A stretch of DNA of 64,000 nucleotides from Camelus dromedarius (taxonomy: Eukaryota): the NCBI RefSeq assembly GCF_036321535.1, contig NC_087458.1, positions 6,944,001-7,008,000 on the forward strand, read 5' to 3'. Position 1 is the first letter of the stretch; each line of letters begins with the position of its first letter. Shown here piece by piece: positions 16,974-37,460 of the stretch. A program made the position numbers and the translations under genes. A model generated the notes under the pieces. That model worked only from the letters and a program-made list of their open reading frames with translations. It did no database searches and was not told the DNA's origin.

Positions 16974-17521
16974 CAGCCACTTTAGAAACAGTTTGGTAGT
17001 TTCTCAAAATGTTAAACACAGAGAGCCCATACAACCCAGCAGTTTCACTTCCAGGTAGCTACATAAGAGAAATAAAAACATTTGTCCACACAAAGATTTG
17101 TACATGAATGTTTATCACAGCGTTACTTATGGAAAAAAACCAAATGTCCATTAATTGGTGAGTGAATAAACAAATTATGGCATTTCATTAAATGAAATAC
17201 TATTCAGCAATAAAAGGGAACAAAATACTGATATATGCTACAACATGAATGTACCTCAAAAACATGATGCTAACCAAAAGAAGCCAAATACAAAAGATCA
17301 CATACTGTATGATTCTATTTATAAGAAATTCTAGAATAGCCAAATCTACAGAAACAGAAAATAGATTACTGCTTGCCTGGGGCTGGAGTGGGAATGGAGA
17401 TGAACTGTTGCACAACTCTGTAAATTTACCCAAAATCATTGAGCTGTACACATAAAAGGAGAAACTTTTATAGTATGTAAATTACCTCAGTGAAGCTAGT
17501 CAAAAAAATTTATTACGTATT

Positions 17522-17903
17522 TGTGATATCTAACAAACTGACTTCCCTGACGCAAAAACTACTCGCTGATTCATTCTTTACTGCTAATAACTTTAACCCA
17601 GAGGCTATGCTCCAGGAAGGAGATAACAGGCTGATAATCTCAAAAGAATGGACAGACAGTTCCTCTTGAAGATTCTTTGAGGTTAAGAGGAATGTAGCAC
17701 CCTGTAAAAACACCCTGATTATTATCACCTTTTCTATGAAGCCTCACTAACCTCATGATGGGCTCACAGTCTTTAAGGTATTAACCTGCTATGACTCCCT
17801 TTGCCTGGCAAAGCAATAAAGCTGTTTTTTTCTATCCTCCCAAAACTCTGCCTCTGACTCCCAATTCGGCTATCAGAGTACAGAGGCCAGTTCTGGGACA
17901 ACA
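17522..17903 (+). mobile_element. ERV1-class LTR related to 14074-14469
   Basis: ctttgcctggcaaagcaataaa (17799-17820) and 3' end ...ggacaaca. 5' boundary approximate. Confidence 0.75.
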
Positions 17904-18431
17904 GGGTCCTCCTTGGTACAAATCCTTTCCATGTCCCCCATTTCTCGTTAGTAGGAGATAGGCTTCATTTAGCCTCCTTGACCCTCCCTGAGTTCCAAAG
18001 GGCAGATTCAAACAGTTGCTAATTAGAGAAAGGAGGATGCAGAGACAAGGAGGAACATTCAAAGAAACAATAGCACAGCCTTGGGGCAGGGTCCTGGTTC
18101 CTCCTCAAGGAATATACATAACAATATCTTTGAGTTCTTCTGCAGGAACTAAGGCCCCCCACCTGGGTGGAGGATGTTAACTTCAGGTGGAGCACAAGAT
18201 TCCTGGAGCCCCGCCCTGTTATCTCACCACCAACCAATCAGAAGCCACATACTCTGTAGCCCTCGCCTCCAATTTTGCCTTTAAAAACTCCCAGAAAACC
18301 ATCAGAGAGTTTAGGTTTTTTGAGCACAAGCCACCTACTCTTGCTTGGCCTTACAAGAAATCTTTTTCTGCTCCAAACTCCAATTTGTTTTGCCTCACTG
18401 TGCCCCTGGCACATGAACTTTTCTTCGGTAA
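17904..18431 (+). mobile_element. Second adjoining ERV-type LTR
   Basis: ccaatca CAAT box, cctttaaaaa TATA-like, LTR-like end ttcggtaac. Boundaries approximate. Confidence 0.6.
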
Positions 18432-18649
18432 CCACTGCAACTGGTTCATTGCTTTTGTAGGTACACTACTGCATTGATACTCTTTTCAACTAAATATATT
18501 ACATAGTTGGAAGTGGTCTAATACACTGAGTAGACAGATGCAATAATTTCAAGACAATTATTTTATTTAAGTTCCCTTCTCCATAATGATCTTTTCCTAA
18601 ATTATTGGTGTGGGGCCAAATGGCATGCTTCACAGTCCAATGACCCCTA

Positions 18650-19070
18650 TTTCTGGGTTCTCAGATGTCTGCCTTCGATCTCTCAACAGATAAAGTACAG
18701 TCTTCACCGGGCGTGTTTGCCCTAACAAACTAGTAACCCTAGGTAATGCCTAATCTCATCATAGATCAGGCTGGTTCATCTAAGCCCACGTCTCCACCTT
18801 ATCAGAGTCATATCCCACCGCACTTCACTGACCCTAAACTTCTTACCTCACTGCAACAAATCAAAACTTGTGCGGCACCTGATGTAACCCTCCCCAATAA
18901 AATACCTCAGCAACTCAGTGTCCACAGGCACCTCTCTTCTGTGTGGCCACTATTGTCTATAGCAGCGTAACCTAATAAACTCCTTTTCTGTTTTCTTTTT
19001 TTTTTTTTTTTTTTTTTTGGTAAATTCTTTTACAACCCACGACACTGGCCCGCTGTGTCCCCCAATAGCT
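18650..19070 (+). mobile_element. Degraded LTR-like element
   Basis: Two aataaa motifs and ggtaaattcttttac-type U5 sequence; family not determined. Confidence 0.4.
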
Positions 19071-19169
19071 GGCTATTAAAACCTCATAAAAATTTTCTGC
19101 ATTATTATATAATAAAGTCCTGCTGACTTATATTTGATTTCATATTTGCATGTGTTGTTGAGCAGAACA

Positions 19170-19345
19170 TTCCAAAGTCAAGTAGAATGAGAGACAATTC
19201 TTCCTTGTAAAGGAGTGTCCTGCATGTTATATAGATGGTGCACCTTTCCTGTCCTCCCACTGAATCCTCAAAGCACCCTCTAATTGTGGTCTCCACTAAA
19301 GACAAGTTTTCAAAATGCCCCCTAGGGGGCGACTGAGAACCACTG
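19170..19345 (-). mobile_element. MER20/MER20B-like hAT DNA transposon remnant
   Basis: Ends caaaatgccccctagggggcgactgagaaccactg, resembling the reverse complement of the MER20 5' end. Confidence 0.6.
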
Positions 19346-21032
19346 CCCTAGGGGAGTCAACTCAAACGCCCAGGCCTCCCTACAGTAACCACTAGGGGCG
19401 TACTAGGTGGCCACAAATGTGTTCCTAGGTCCCTTTTGCACAGCACTTTTAAAAGGCTTAGCTAAACATCAAAGGACAACTGGACAATAAATATAAGCAA
19501 AAAGCAGAAGTACAAAAATACTTTGGCTGACCCAGCACAGGGGTTCTGATCCCATTTCCGCCAGCCCAGTGACAGGCTATAGGTTTGGCTCTGATGGCAA
19601 ATTCCAGACCTGGAGCCTGGCAAGTACCATGTCACAGGCTCTTTGCTCTTTAAGCCTCAGACCAACCTCTCAAGGAGGGCGCTCCCTTCCAGTCCCACAG
19701 TCAACTGCATGGTCAAGTCAAGTCAAAGAGAAACACTTTCTCATTCCATGCACAGCAGAGTAGGTGCTCAAAAAATACTTAGAGACAAACGAATGGATTA
19801 ACCTCACTAGTCACCTAGAACCTGTCCTTTCAGCTCTGGTTTTCGATCAGAAGATAGATCACTCTTGATTATTGACACCAAGTGACTTCTTTCTCCAATG
19901 AGACCCTTCTGCCCCTTAATCACTAGGGTGTGGCTTCACCCCTGGATTAANNNNNNNNNNNNNNNNNNNNNNNNNNNNNNNNNNNNNNNNNNNNNNNNNN
20001 NNNNNNNNNNNNNNNNNNNNNNNNNNNNNNNNNNNNNNNNNNNNNNNNNNNNNNNNNNNNNNNNNNNNNNNNNNNNNNNNNNNNNNNNNNNNNNNNNNNN
20101 NNNNNNNNNNNNNNNNNNNNNNNNNNNNNTTGATTGAATTAGCCAGCTCTTAAACAATAACCACAGCATACCTGTAAAGCCCAGTGCAGATGGAAAATTT
20201 TGTACCTCATGTGCACTCCTATAATTTTTCTCAAGGTACCAAATAGCCAGTCTTTCATGAGTGTTTATTACAGCCATTAGCCTGACAACTCCATGTTACA
20301 GACAAGAAAGCAGACTTAGAGAAGTTAAGTGGCAGAGTCAAGTCAAAATCCAGCTCTGTCTCACCCTGAAGCCCAAGCAAGCTCTTAGCCATCACGTCAT
20401 ACAGCCCCCCAGATATTTCAGTAGTGTATTTTTAGTCTTCCGTAAGGTTATAAATGGTCACAGGGAAAATTTCATGATTCCTATTTCTCTGAAACCTCAA
20501 AACTCTTCACCCAGAGGTGAGCATAGAACTGGGGCTCAATGTTTGCTGAATGAATGAGCAGGTTAAATTACCAACCACACCCTGCTATTCAAGGCCCTGC
20601 TTGTCAGGGTTTCAGAGACTGTTCTTGGTGTCCTTGGTTTGAAGCAAAGTAGTAGTGAACTTCAGGAAGAATGAGGTTCACTCTGAACAGGACTATTAGA
20701 GTGAGACCTAATGGAAGGGATTTAGTTGAGGCAACAGGAAGTATGGATTCAAATACTGAACACCTGTGAGCCTGCTCGCTCATTCCTTGCTGTTCTGAGC
20801 TTCCATGAGGGGCTGTGATGAGGCTCACTGAAAATCAAAATGCCTGTGAAGGTGTTCCTAGTGAACTGTCAACTTCCATATAGATGGTTGGAATTACTAC
20901 TATTACTGTTACTCAGTCTTTTTTTCTTCCCTCCAGGTACAGTTGAAGGAGTCTTCTGTTCAAGACCTCTACCTCCACCCTTGCTCTCTTGGGCTGACGC
21001 CATTTCTCTCTTGTCCTCTCAAGAAGAGGCAA

Positions 21033-21633
21033 TATGGTATCTGGATAAAACTCTAATTCAAAAAGATACATGCACCCCAGTGTTCATAGCAGCACTATTT
21101 ACAATAGCCAAGACCAGGAAACAACCTAAATGTCCATTGACAGATGCCTGGATAAAGAAGTTGTGGTGTTCATATACAATGGAATACTACTCAGTCATAA
21201 AAAGAATGAAATAATGCCATTTGCAGCAACATGGATGGACCTAGAGATTATCATACCAAGGGAAGTAAGTCAGAAAGAGAAAGATAAACATCATATAATA
21301 TAACTTATATGTGGAATCTTAAAAAATGACATAAATGAACCTATTTGCAAAACAGAAACAGATTTATAGACATAGAAAATAAACATGGTTACCAAAGGGG
21401 GAAGAGGGGAAAGGGATAAATTAGGAGTTTGGGATTTGCAGATACTAACTACTATATATAAAATAGATAAAAACAAGGTCCTGCTGTATAGCACAGAAAA
21501 CTATATACAATATCTTGCAATAACCTATAATGAAAAAGAATATATATAAACTGATTCCTATGCTGTACACCAGAAACTAACACAACTTTGTAAATCAACT
21601 ATACGTCAATTAAAATTTAAAAAGGGGGCAAAA
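21033..21633 (+). mobile_element. 5'-truncated LINE-1 (601 nt)
   Basis: Exact 13-bp TSD CAAGAAGAGGCAA at 21020-21032 and 21634-21646; peptide KDTCTPVFIAALFTIAK; same 3'UTR type as the 10.5-12.8 kb L1. Confidence 0.95.
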
Positions 21634-22138
21634 CAAGAAGAGGCAACTTGGAAGGAATTTCAGCATAGCCACAGGAGTGACTATACAGGATTGAAATCCT
21701 TGTGTCATTACTGACTAGAACTGGGATATTGGGAAGTTACTTGACTTCTCGGAGTTTCAGTTTCCTTGTCTCCAAAACTCTTGCCTCAAGGGTTGTTACG
21801 AGGACTTAATGCAACAAAGCGTGTAATATTAATTCTAGCCAACCCTCTGGAAGGAGGTGCTACACCTGATGAGTCTTCTCTCTTGCACTTCCTACACTCC
21901 ATGGACTGACTCTGGACCCTTTCTGCTCCAAATATGCTCTTGCCAAGGTCACTAACAAGCCCTCTGTTGCTAAGTCCAAAGGGTACTGCTCAGCCCTTCT
22001 TTGACTTGACTTTTTACCTCAGTTGACACATGGTCCCTTCTAGAAGCACTCTCTTGTTCTTATGATGCCACACTCTGCTGGTTTGGATGTCCTCCCACTT
22101 CTTTGGCTGTTCCTTGTCTTTTACAGGTTTTGCCTCCT

Positions 22139-22274
22139 CTTTTTTTTGGGGGGGGGGGGCGTAATTAGATGTATTTGTTTATTATTATTTTTTAATGGAG
22201 GCACTGACCTGGGAATTGAACCCAGGACCTTGTATATGCTAATCATGTGCTCTACCACTAAGCTATACCCTCCC
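22139..22274 (-). mobile_element. vic-1-like SINE
   Basis: gggaattgaacccaggacc...ctctaccactaagctataccctccc. Confidence 0.9.
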
Positions 22275-22954
22275 TCCTCGCCTCCTCTTTCTGTCTGTTC
22301 CTCAAGGTTCTGTCCTGGGCCTTCTAATCCATCATATTCTCTCTACGGAGACAACCCACAGCTTTGATTATCTTCTAGTTGCTTTTGGTTCCAAAATTTC
22401 CACCTCCAATCCTGATCCTTCTCCTGGGATGGACTCTTGTGATATGACTCTGCCCTCCAGAACTGCCTCCAGGTGTCTCACAGATATTTCAGCTGGACCA
22501 TCATGAGAGCATCATCTCTTCCAGCCAAACTCACTCTTTCTCCTGTGATCTCTTTCCCTATGATTAGCACCACTTCCCCCCAGAACCTAGGGCTCATCCT
22601 TGACTCTGTCCTCTCCCTGAACCCTTCTTCTCAGCATTTCTCTTCTAAACTATTGAAACATTTATCACTTGGCCTCCTACCCTCCTCCAATCCATTCTCC
22701 AAGAAGAACTAAACTAAAATAAAAATGCTGAAGCTACCACTCTCCCTTCTAAAATCCTTCAGTGGTGCCACACTGCCTTTTAAGAGGGCTTATGGGACCT
22801 GGCATCTTTGTTCCAGCCTCATTTCTCACCTCTCTACTTGGACGATATGCTCCAATCACATTTCCTCTAATAGACCACACTCCATCTTGCCTCTGCTCTC
22901 CTTTCTGCTATGATATTTTCCTTTTCCCCTTTCTTGGAAAGAATAACTACTCTT

Positions 22955-23092
22955 GGGGGGAGGATATAGCTCAAGCGCTAGAGCACATGCTTAGCATACA
23001 TGAGGTCCTGGGTTCAATCCCCAATACCTCCTCTAAGAATAAATAAATAAGTAAACATAATTATCTCCCCTCTCAAAAAAAAAAAAAAAAAA
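22955..23092 (+). mobile_element. vic-1-like SINE
   Basis: ggggggaggatatagctcaagcg...gggttcaatcccc...taattatctcccc followed by a polyA run. Confidence 0.9.
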
Positions 23093-24099
23093 CCACTTTT
23101 TCATCAAGTCCTCAGCCTTAATGTCCCTGCCATCACTACCATTTTCCTGACACCTTTGAATGAGCTGGGTACCCCTGCTATGTGCTCCCCAATTCACACA
23201 TTCGACGAATAATAACTGGGCATCTACTATGTGCCAGACACTGTTCTAGATCCTGGGAATACAGTAATGAATAAGCTGCTCTAGGGAGTTATGTTCTAGT
23301 GGGTGTGGCAGACAAAACAGATAATTTCAGGTGGCCATGAGAACTAGGAAGCAAAATAAAGGGGTAGGGAGTGCTGGACAGAGCAAGTGAGGGGCAAGGG
23401 GCAGTGGTAAGAAGTGTTTGGAGAAAAAGGTTGGGGGTCAGATTCTGCAGAGCCTTGGTGGCCACAGTAGGGAGTCTGAATTTTGTTCTAAGATGGAAAT
23501 TCACTGGAGAGTTTGGTCCAGGGAAGTGACAACATGAGATTTACATTTTTAAAAGATCACTTTGGCTGCTGTGTAGAAATCAGACTAAGAGGTAAGTGCC
23601 AAGGCAGGGAAACCAGCTGCCAACTGCAGCCTGCCATGGCCTAGCCCCCTTGTTCTACATTCTTTCTGCCCTAGAATCCTCACAAAGGTTCTTCCTTTAG
23701 TATGCATCATTCTTCACCTCCACTTAGCCTAGTTAATGCCGATTCATCTTTCTTTCAGAATTCAGCTCATATGTCATTTTCTCTAAGAAATTCTTCCCTT
23801 TCACACAGACACCCACCACTCCTGTAACACAAGATCACAGTCCTTACATTTCCTTTGTAGCTCTTATTACCATTGCAATTAATTGTACAAACGACTTAAT
23901 ATCAGTTATAGCACCTGGCACCGGTCTCGTGCTCACTGAACACCTGTCAGATGACTGATAAAATTATATAGACCTTCTTCCACTCCACCCCTCAAAAAAG
24001 CAAGTGGGTAGAGATGATTTTAAGACTTTTTTCCCCTCTTCTTCATTAGTAAAATACGACCATCCCTACAACTAATAATAATGATGATAAAAAGGTGAG

Positions 24100-24900
24100 G
24101 TGCAAACGCAGGGAAGGGAGCGTTAAGATCCAAACGGTGCAAAACCCATTACGCCTACCGTCGGCGAAGCGAAACAGCAGCCCCAACCGGAGGCAAAGGG
24201 AAATCCCAGCGCAACCAGCAAAGCTGGGTGGACGGAGTGAGACAAGGAAGCTCAGCAGAGCTGGCGCCAGAGATAGGCTTGCAGCCCCACCACGAGCAGC
24301 CGCGAGACGCATAAGGCCGGCGGGGCGGGGCGGGGCGGAGCCTCGCTAGGGAAGGGAGACACCCCTCAACGCTTCCAATCGTCAGGAGGCGGGACGCAGG
24401 TGCTTTCTGCACGTCTTATTGGCCGTGCTAGGGACGGACTGTTTCCGTGGACCAGCTGTAGCCCAAATGGGGCACAAGCGTATTCGGAGGTCTACGCGAA
24501 AAGAGGGCGCGGGAAGCGAAAGGCGCGCATGCGCCTCGGTGTGCACTCGCGAGCCGACCCTAATGGGTGGGGGTAGATTGAATTCCGTCAATGAGTCCAG
24601 CTCACGGAAGCTGAGTTGCATTCTTGAGTTTCCTCCTGTGGGAGCCTCGGGATAGGGAACATTCAGTGCCCGGAAATTGCCCCGTTGGGAACCCTATCTC
24701 CACTCCCTCCTACCTCATCTTGTCGTTCTGGCAGGCCGCGCCCTAACCCTTCCTGAGGCTGCGTTGTTATGGTGGTGAATTATTCAAGAAGCCTTGCAGC
24801 CTGACGCCATCTATGGGTAGTGCCCCTCCCTACCCTCTTCCTTTCCTGTAGGGCCACACGGTTATCTCCAAAATCGTAGGTTCCGAAGCTGTTTACGAGG
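24100..24900. promoter_or_regulatory. CpG-rich orphan promoter, probably the distal GBA1 promoter
   Basis: Tandem GC boxes at 24321-24338, CCAAT at about 24376 and ATTGG at about 24418, NRF1 GCGCATGCGC at 24525-24534, high CpG density amid repeats. Confidence 0.75.
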
Positions 24901-24939
24901 CCTCACTCTGCCTTTAGTAACTTAATGAGTTTGTTGAGG

Positions 24940-26400
24940 ACCTACTGTTAGACCCAGTGCGATGAACAAGTCCCTGCTCTGTGGATCCTGCGTTCCATGG
25001 GAGGACACAAACAAAAACAAGATAATTTTAGATAGTGATAAGTATTCAAAACAACATGGTGGCATAATAGAATGAGGAGTGCTCAACAAGGTGTGACCGG
25101 AACTAAGACCTGAATTAGGCAAAGGCAACAGCTATAGGACACAATGTTTTGGTGAAGAGCTAGCTGGTGCAAAGGTCCAAGGCACTTCGGCTGGAGCAGA
25201 GAGTGGATCAGGTTATACCTGACCAGTCTCATAAGGAGTTTGGCGATTATTCTAAATGCCATGGGAAGGGGGAGGGTAGAGCTCAGTGGTAGAGCGCATG
25301 CTTAGCATGCACGAGGTCCTGGGTTCAATCCCCAGTACCTCCACCAAAATAAAACAAACCCTAATTACCACCCCCCATAAAAAGTTGAAATTATTTTAAA
25401 AGAAATAAGTAAATAAATAAATACAATGGAAAGACATTAGATTTCAGCAGAACTTTAATGTGACATGGTTTCTTATCACTTTGCTGAGTGGAGAGTGGAT
25501 TATAGGAAGAATGGAAATAGATTAATTCAGAGGCTGGGAGAGAGGGTAGTGGTGACTTGGGCTAGGTAACTGATGAGAGATGGATGAAATTCAGAATAGG
25601 ATTGGATGTGTTGGATGAGGGAAAAGAAGAAATCAGGGTGATCCCCAAGCTTATGGACTGTGCATCTGGTTGAGTGCTGGTGCTACTTATTGAGATGTCA
25701 ACACTGGAAGAGGAACAGGTGCTGGGAGTGGGAATCAAGAGTTCAGTTGTGTCCACACTGAGTCCAAGACACCCATTAAACATCCAAGCAGAGATGTCAA
25801 ACTGGAGGTTGGAGCTCATAGAGAGGTCAAGAAGAGAGTTATCCACCAACACATAGATGGCATTTAAAGCCAGGTATCGTGATAGGGCCACCTATCACAG
25901 AGTGGGGTAGAAAAGAGAAGGCCAAGGGGAGAGCCCTGGGGCCCTCCAGTGCTGAGCAGTCCAACAGAGGTGTGAAAGTTGGCAAATGATACCAACATGG
26001 TAGAGCAGAAGGAAAAACAGGAAAGCATGATGTCTTCAAAGACAAAAAAGCGGAAAAATTCAAGAGAAAAGAGGCTGATTATCTGTTTCTTAGAGGTCAA
26101 ATGAAATGCAGGCAGAGAAATGGCCACTGGGTCTTTGGTTACTGAAAACTTTGTCAAGAGCAGTGCCTGGGGAGAGGGAGGGGAAGGAGCCTGATGGGAA
26201 TGGGCCGGGAGAGAATGGATGTTCAGGAAGTGGAAGGAAGAGAGAAAATGTCTGCCTATGAAAAGGGGCAGAGATACCACGTGGAAGCTGGATATAAATA
26301 CCAGTGTCTTGAGAGTTTTTGTAACTATGAGCAATGCTAGAACAGATTTCAGTGGTGAAAAAGAATGATCCAGAAGAGAAGGGAAAATTGAAATTTATTG
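24940..26400. mobile_element. Degraded L2 region
   Basis: L2-like purine-rich tracts (ggaatcaagagttcagttgtg, catccaagcagagatgtca). Confidence 0.55.
25267..25422 (+). mobile_element. vic-1-like SINE with well-preserved tRNA-Ala(AGC) head
   Basis: gagctcagtggtagagcgcatgcttagcatgcacgaggtcctgggttcaatccccagtacctcca, then taattacc/C-run and A-rich tail. Confidence 0.92.
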
Positions 26401-26675
26401 AAGTCTTACTCAGTGTGTTAAGAGCTTTACAAACATTTGTCCTCACAATGTTGTACGGATTAGGCAATTCAGGTTAAATAACTTGCCCAAAGTCATGCAG
26501 CTAGTGGTGGCAGAGCTGAGAGGCCACCCAGATTTTTCTGACTCTTCATGCCTCACCACCCCACGGCACAGGCACACAGCCCCTTATGTTTAAAGACCTG
26601 GGACATGCCTTTGCCCTGGCCACAGGGCCCCTGGTGAACCAGTGAAGAGTTACTCTCATGCTGAGGGAACAGGAC

Positions 26676-26681
26676 TTTATT
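26676..26681 (-). terminator. ENTREP3 polyadenylation signal
   Basis: TTTATT on plus (AATAAA on minus), about 275 nt past the stop. Confidence 0.8.
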
Positions 26682-26954
26682 CTTCCTCCTCCAGTGCTTT
26701 AAGCAGGGGCATCTTCCCCCACAGCCTGAATACCCATGCAGCACAGGACAGAAGCTCTCCCAGGCCAGAGGGGCAGAGGCAAGCAGCAGGAGCCCGTAGA
26801 GGTAGGAAGGAAAGGGATACTTTTGGGGGTGTTCAGCAGGTTTCTTTTTGTGTCAGCCAGTGCAAGGGAGTGCTGGGGGCTGCTGGTCCCAACCAGCTGA
26901 TGCCTGTGGCCCCAGCGTTCATCTGGATCTGTTCAGTGTGGCAGGATGCCCAGG

Positions 26955-31589
<4,635 letters not shown>

Positions 31590-31949
31590 GCCTGCCGCCC
31601 GGTTGTCTGCGCCTCGCTCGGCTCTCCCTGGTGCTTGGGAGCATCTCAGAGGCGCCCAAGGCCCCGTCCTTTCTCCTCTCCACCCCTCTCGCTCTAGAGC
31701 CCACCTCCTCCCTGAGTCCCCTGGGGCATGGCCCAGGGACTCCAGCTGAGGAGGCGCCCAAGGGAGGGGCGTCACGGAGGGGCCGCGGAGTGCTCCCTCT
31801 CCACCACGGGCACTGGACGGGCACCGTGCCCGGGATGGCGATGAGGACGCGGGGGCACCGGCTCATTGCATCTCCCTAGGGAAAAGGGGCGCCGAGAAGG
31901 GCCGGTCCAGGAGTGAAGTGAGGGCGGCGGTCCGGAACCCAGGGAAGGG

Positions 31950-32350
31950 TGGGAAGGGTAAAGGCAAGAAGGATGGGAAAAAAGTCTAGAGTAGAGGGGA
32001 GGATCGGCGTGGGGTGACTCTAGAGGCGCGGTCGGTGTGCCCTCAGAGTGTCCAGTGGGATCCGAGGCCGCCTGGTGGGGAGAGGCTGCGGCGGCGCCGT
32101 CTCCTGGGTCGTCAGCCCCGCTCCCCTCCCCACCATGCTCCCGCTCGCCCAGCTCGGGCTGCAGCAGGTCCGGGACTGGACGCGGGGGATGGGGATGGGA
32201 CGGTGCGGGAGGAGGGGCGTGGCGCGAGGGCCGGCGCGCGGCGCACTCTGGGAGCTGCAGTCCCGGCAGAAGATCGTGTGGGAGGAGGAGGGCGGGAACC
32301 GTCCGTAGGGTCAGCCGGTCGCCGCGGCCTATCCCGTGAGCAGCTTGGGT
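31950..32350 (-). promoter_or_regulatory. ENTREP3 CpG-rich promoter with ZNF143-type site
   Basis: Minus strand GACTGCAGCTCCCAGAGTGC at about 32243-32262 resembles ACTACA-nn-TCCCAG-nATGC; dense CpG. Confidence 0.6.
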
Positions 32351-32705
32351 CCCTGCCTCTCCCCGGACCCAAGTCCGGGCTAACAGTTTTGGCGCTCACT
32401 TCAGCCCTGCCCAGCCTCTCAGGCCTCTGGGCCCCGGCTAAGTACCCAGCAGAGGCAGCGTCTTTTTCACTAACGGAGAGGGGTGGGGAGCTGAGCTCCC
32501 TGGCAGATCCACAATTCCACGCCCAACCGTGGACTTCCCTCCCTCTTCCTACGCCAGCCAGCGGGCTCTGCTGCCCTGCTCCCAACGGCACTAAGGACAG
32601 ACCCGGCCTTCCCTCTGGAGTCCACATTCTGCTTCCACTCCAGTCCCCTCCACTTTCTCTTCCGATTAAAACTCCAGAAACAGGGATTTCCAGTTCCACT
32701 TTCTT

Positions 32706-32711
32706 TTTATT
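32706..32711 (-). terminator. SCAMP3 polyadenylation signal
   Basis: TTTATT on plus, about 275 nt after the SCAMP3 stop. Confidence 0.85.
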
Positions 32712-32986
32712 TAAATAACCGAAGCAACAGCCTTGGCACAGCAGAGGGAAGCTGGGTTGGGGTGTGTAGGGGTGGCAGCAGTGTGGCCTTATGGGAGGGA
32801 AGCAGTGACTGGGTCACAGTGGGACTCCCTACACCTGTAAGTCAGGTTCAGCAGTCACAGCTGTGGGATTGGGGGCACTATAGCGGAGACGTCAAGCTGT
32901 GACATCTCACCAAATCCCAGAGACCTCAGGGATGGGGGCTAAGTCAGCTCCCTCAAGTGGCAGGGCCAGAGCATCCCAGTCAGGGG

Positions 32987-37293
<4,307 letters not shown>

Positions 37294-37299
37294 TCACAA

Positions 37300-37460
37300 G
37301 GATTCCCGCAGCAGCAGCGGGTCGCGCCTGCGTCTCGGCTAAAGGCAAAGAAGGAAGTGCCCCACGTGACACCTCCAACCTAGTCGCCCTGGCCAAGCAC
37401 CGCCCCTTCCCACGTGACTTCCTTCAACCAACGAACTACACTTCCCAGGAGGCCTAGCGT
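37300..37460 (-). promoter_or_regulatory. SCAMP3 promoter
   Basis: CACGTGAC E-boxes at 37363-37370 and 37411-37418; AACTACACTTCCCAGGAGGC (ZNF143-type) at about 37434-37453. Confidence 0.7.

Larger units (their letters stand above)
14740..17507 (+). mobile_element. Old L1M ORF2-end/3'UTR fragment split by younger insertions
   Basis: Collinear L1 pieces at about 14740-14920, 15720-15965 (KVKRQPTEWDKIF), 16189-16337 (MQTKTTMRHHL) and 16974-17507. Confidence 0.8.
21830..23640. mobile_element. Degraded L2 fragments interrupted by two SINEs
   Basis: L2-like tracts (ctactatgtgccagacactgttctag; aagatcactttggctgctgtgt). Confidence 0.55.
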
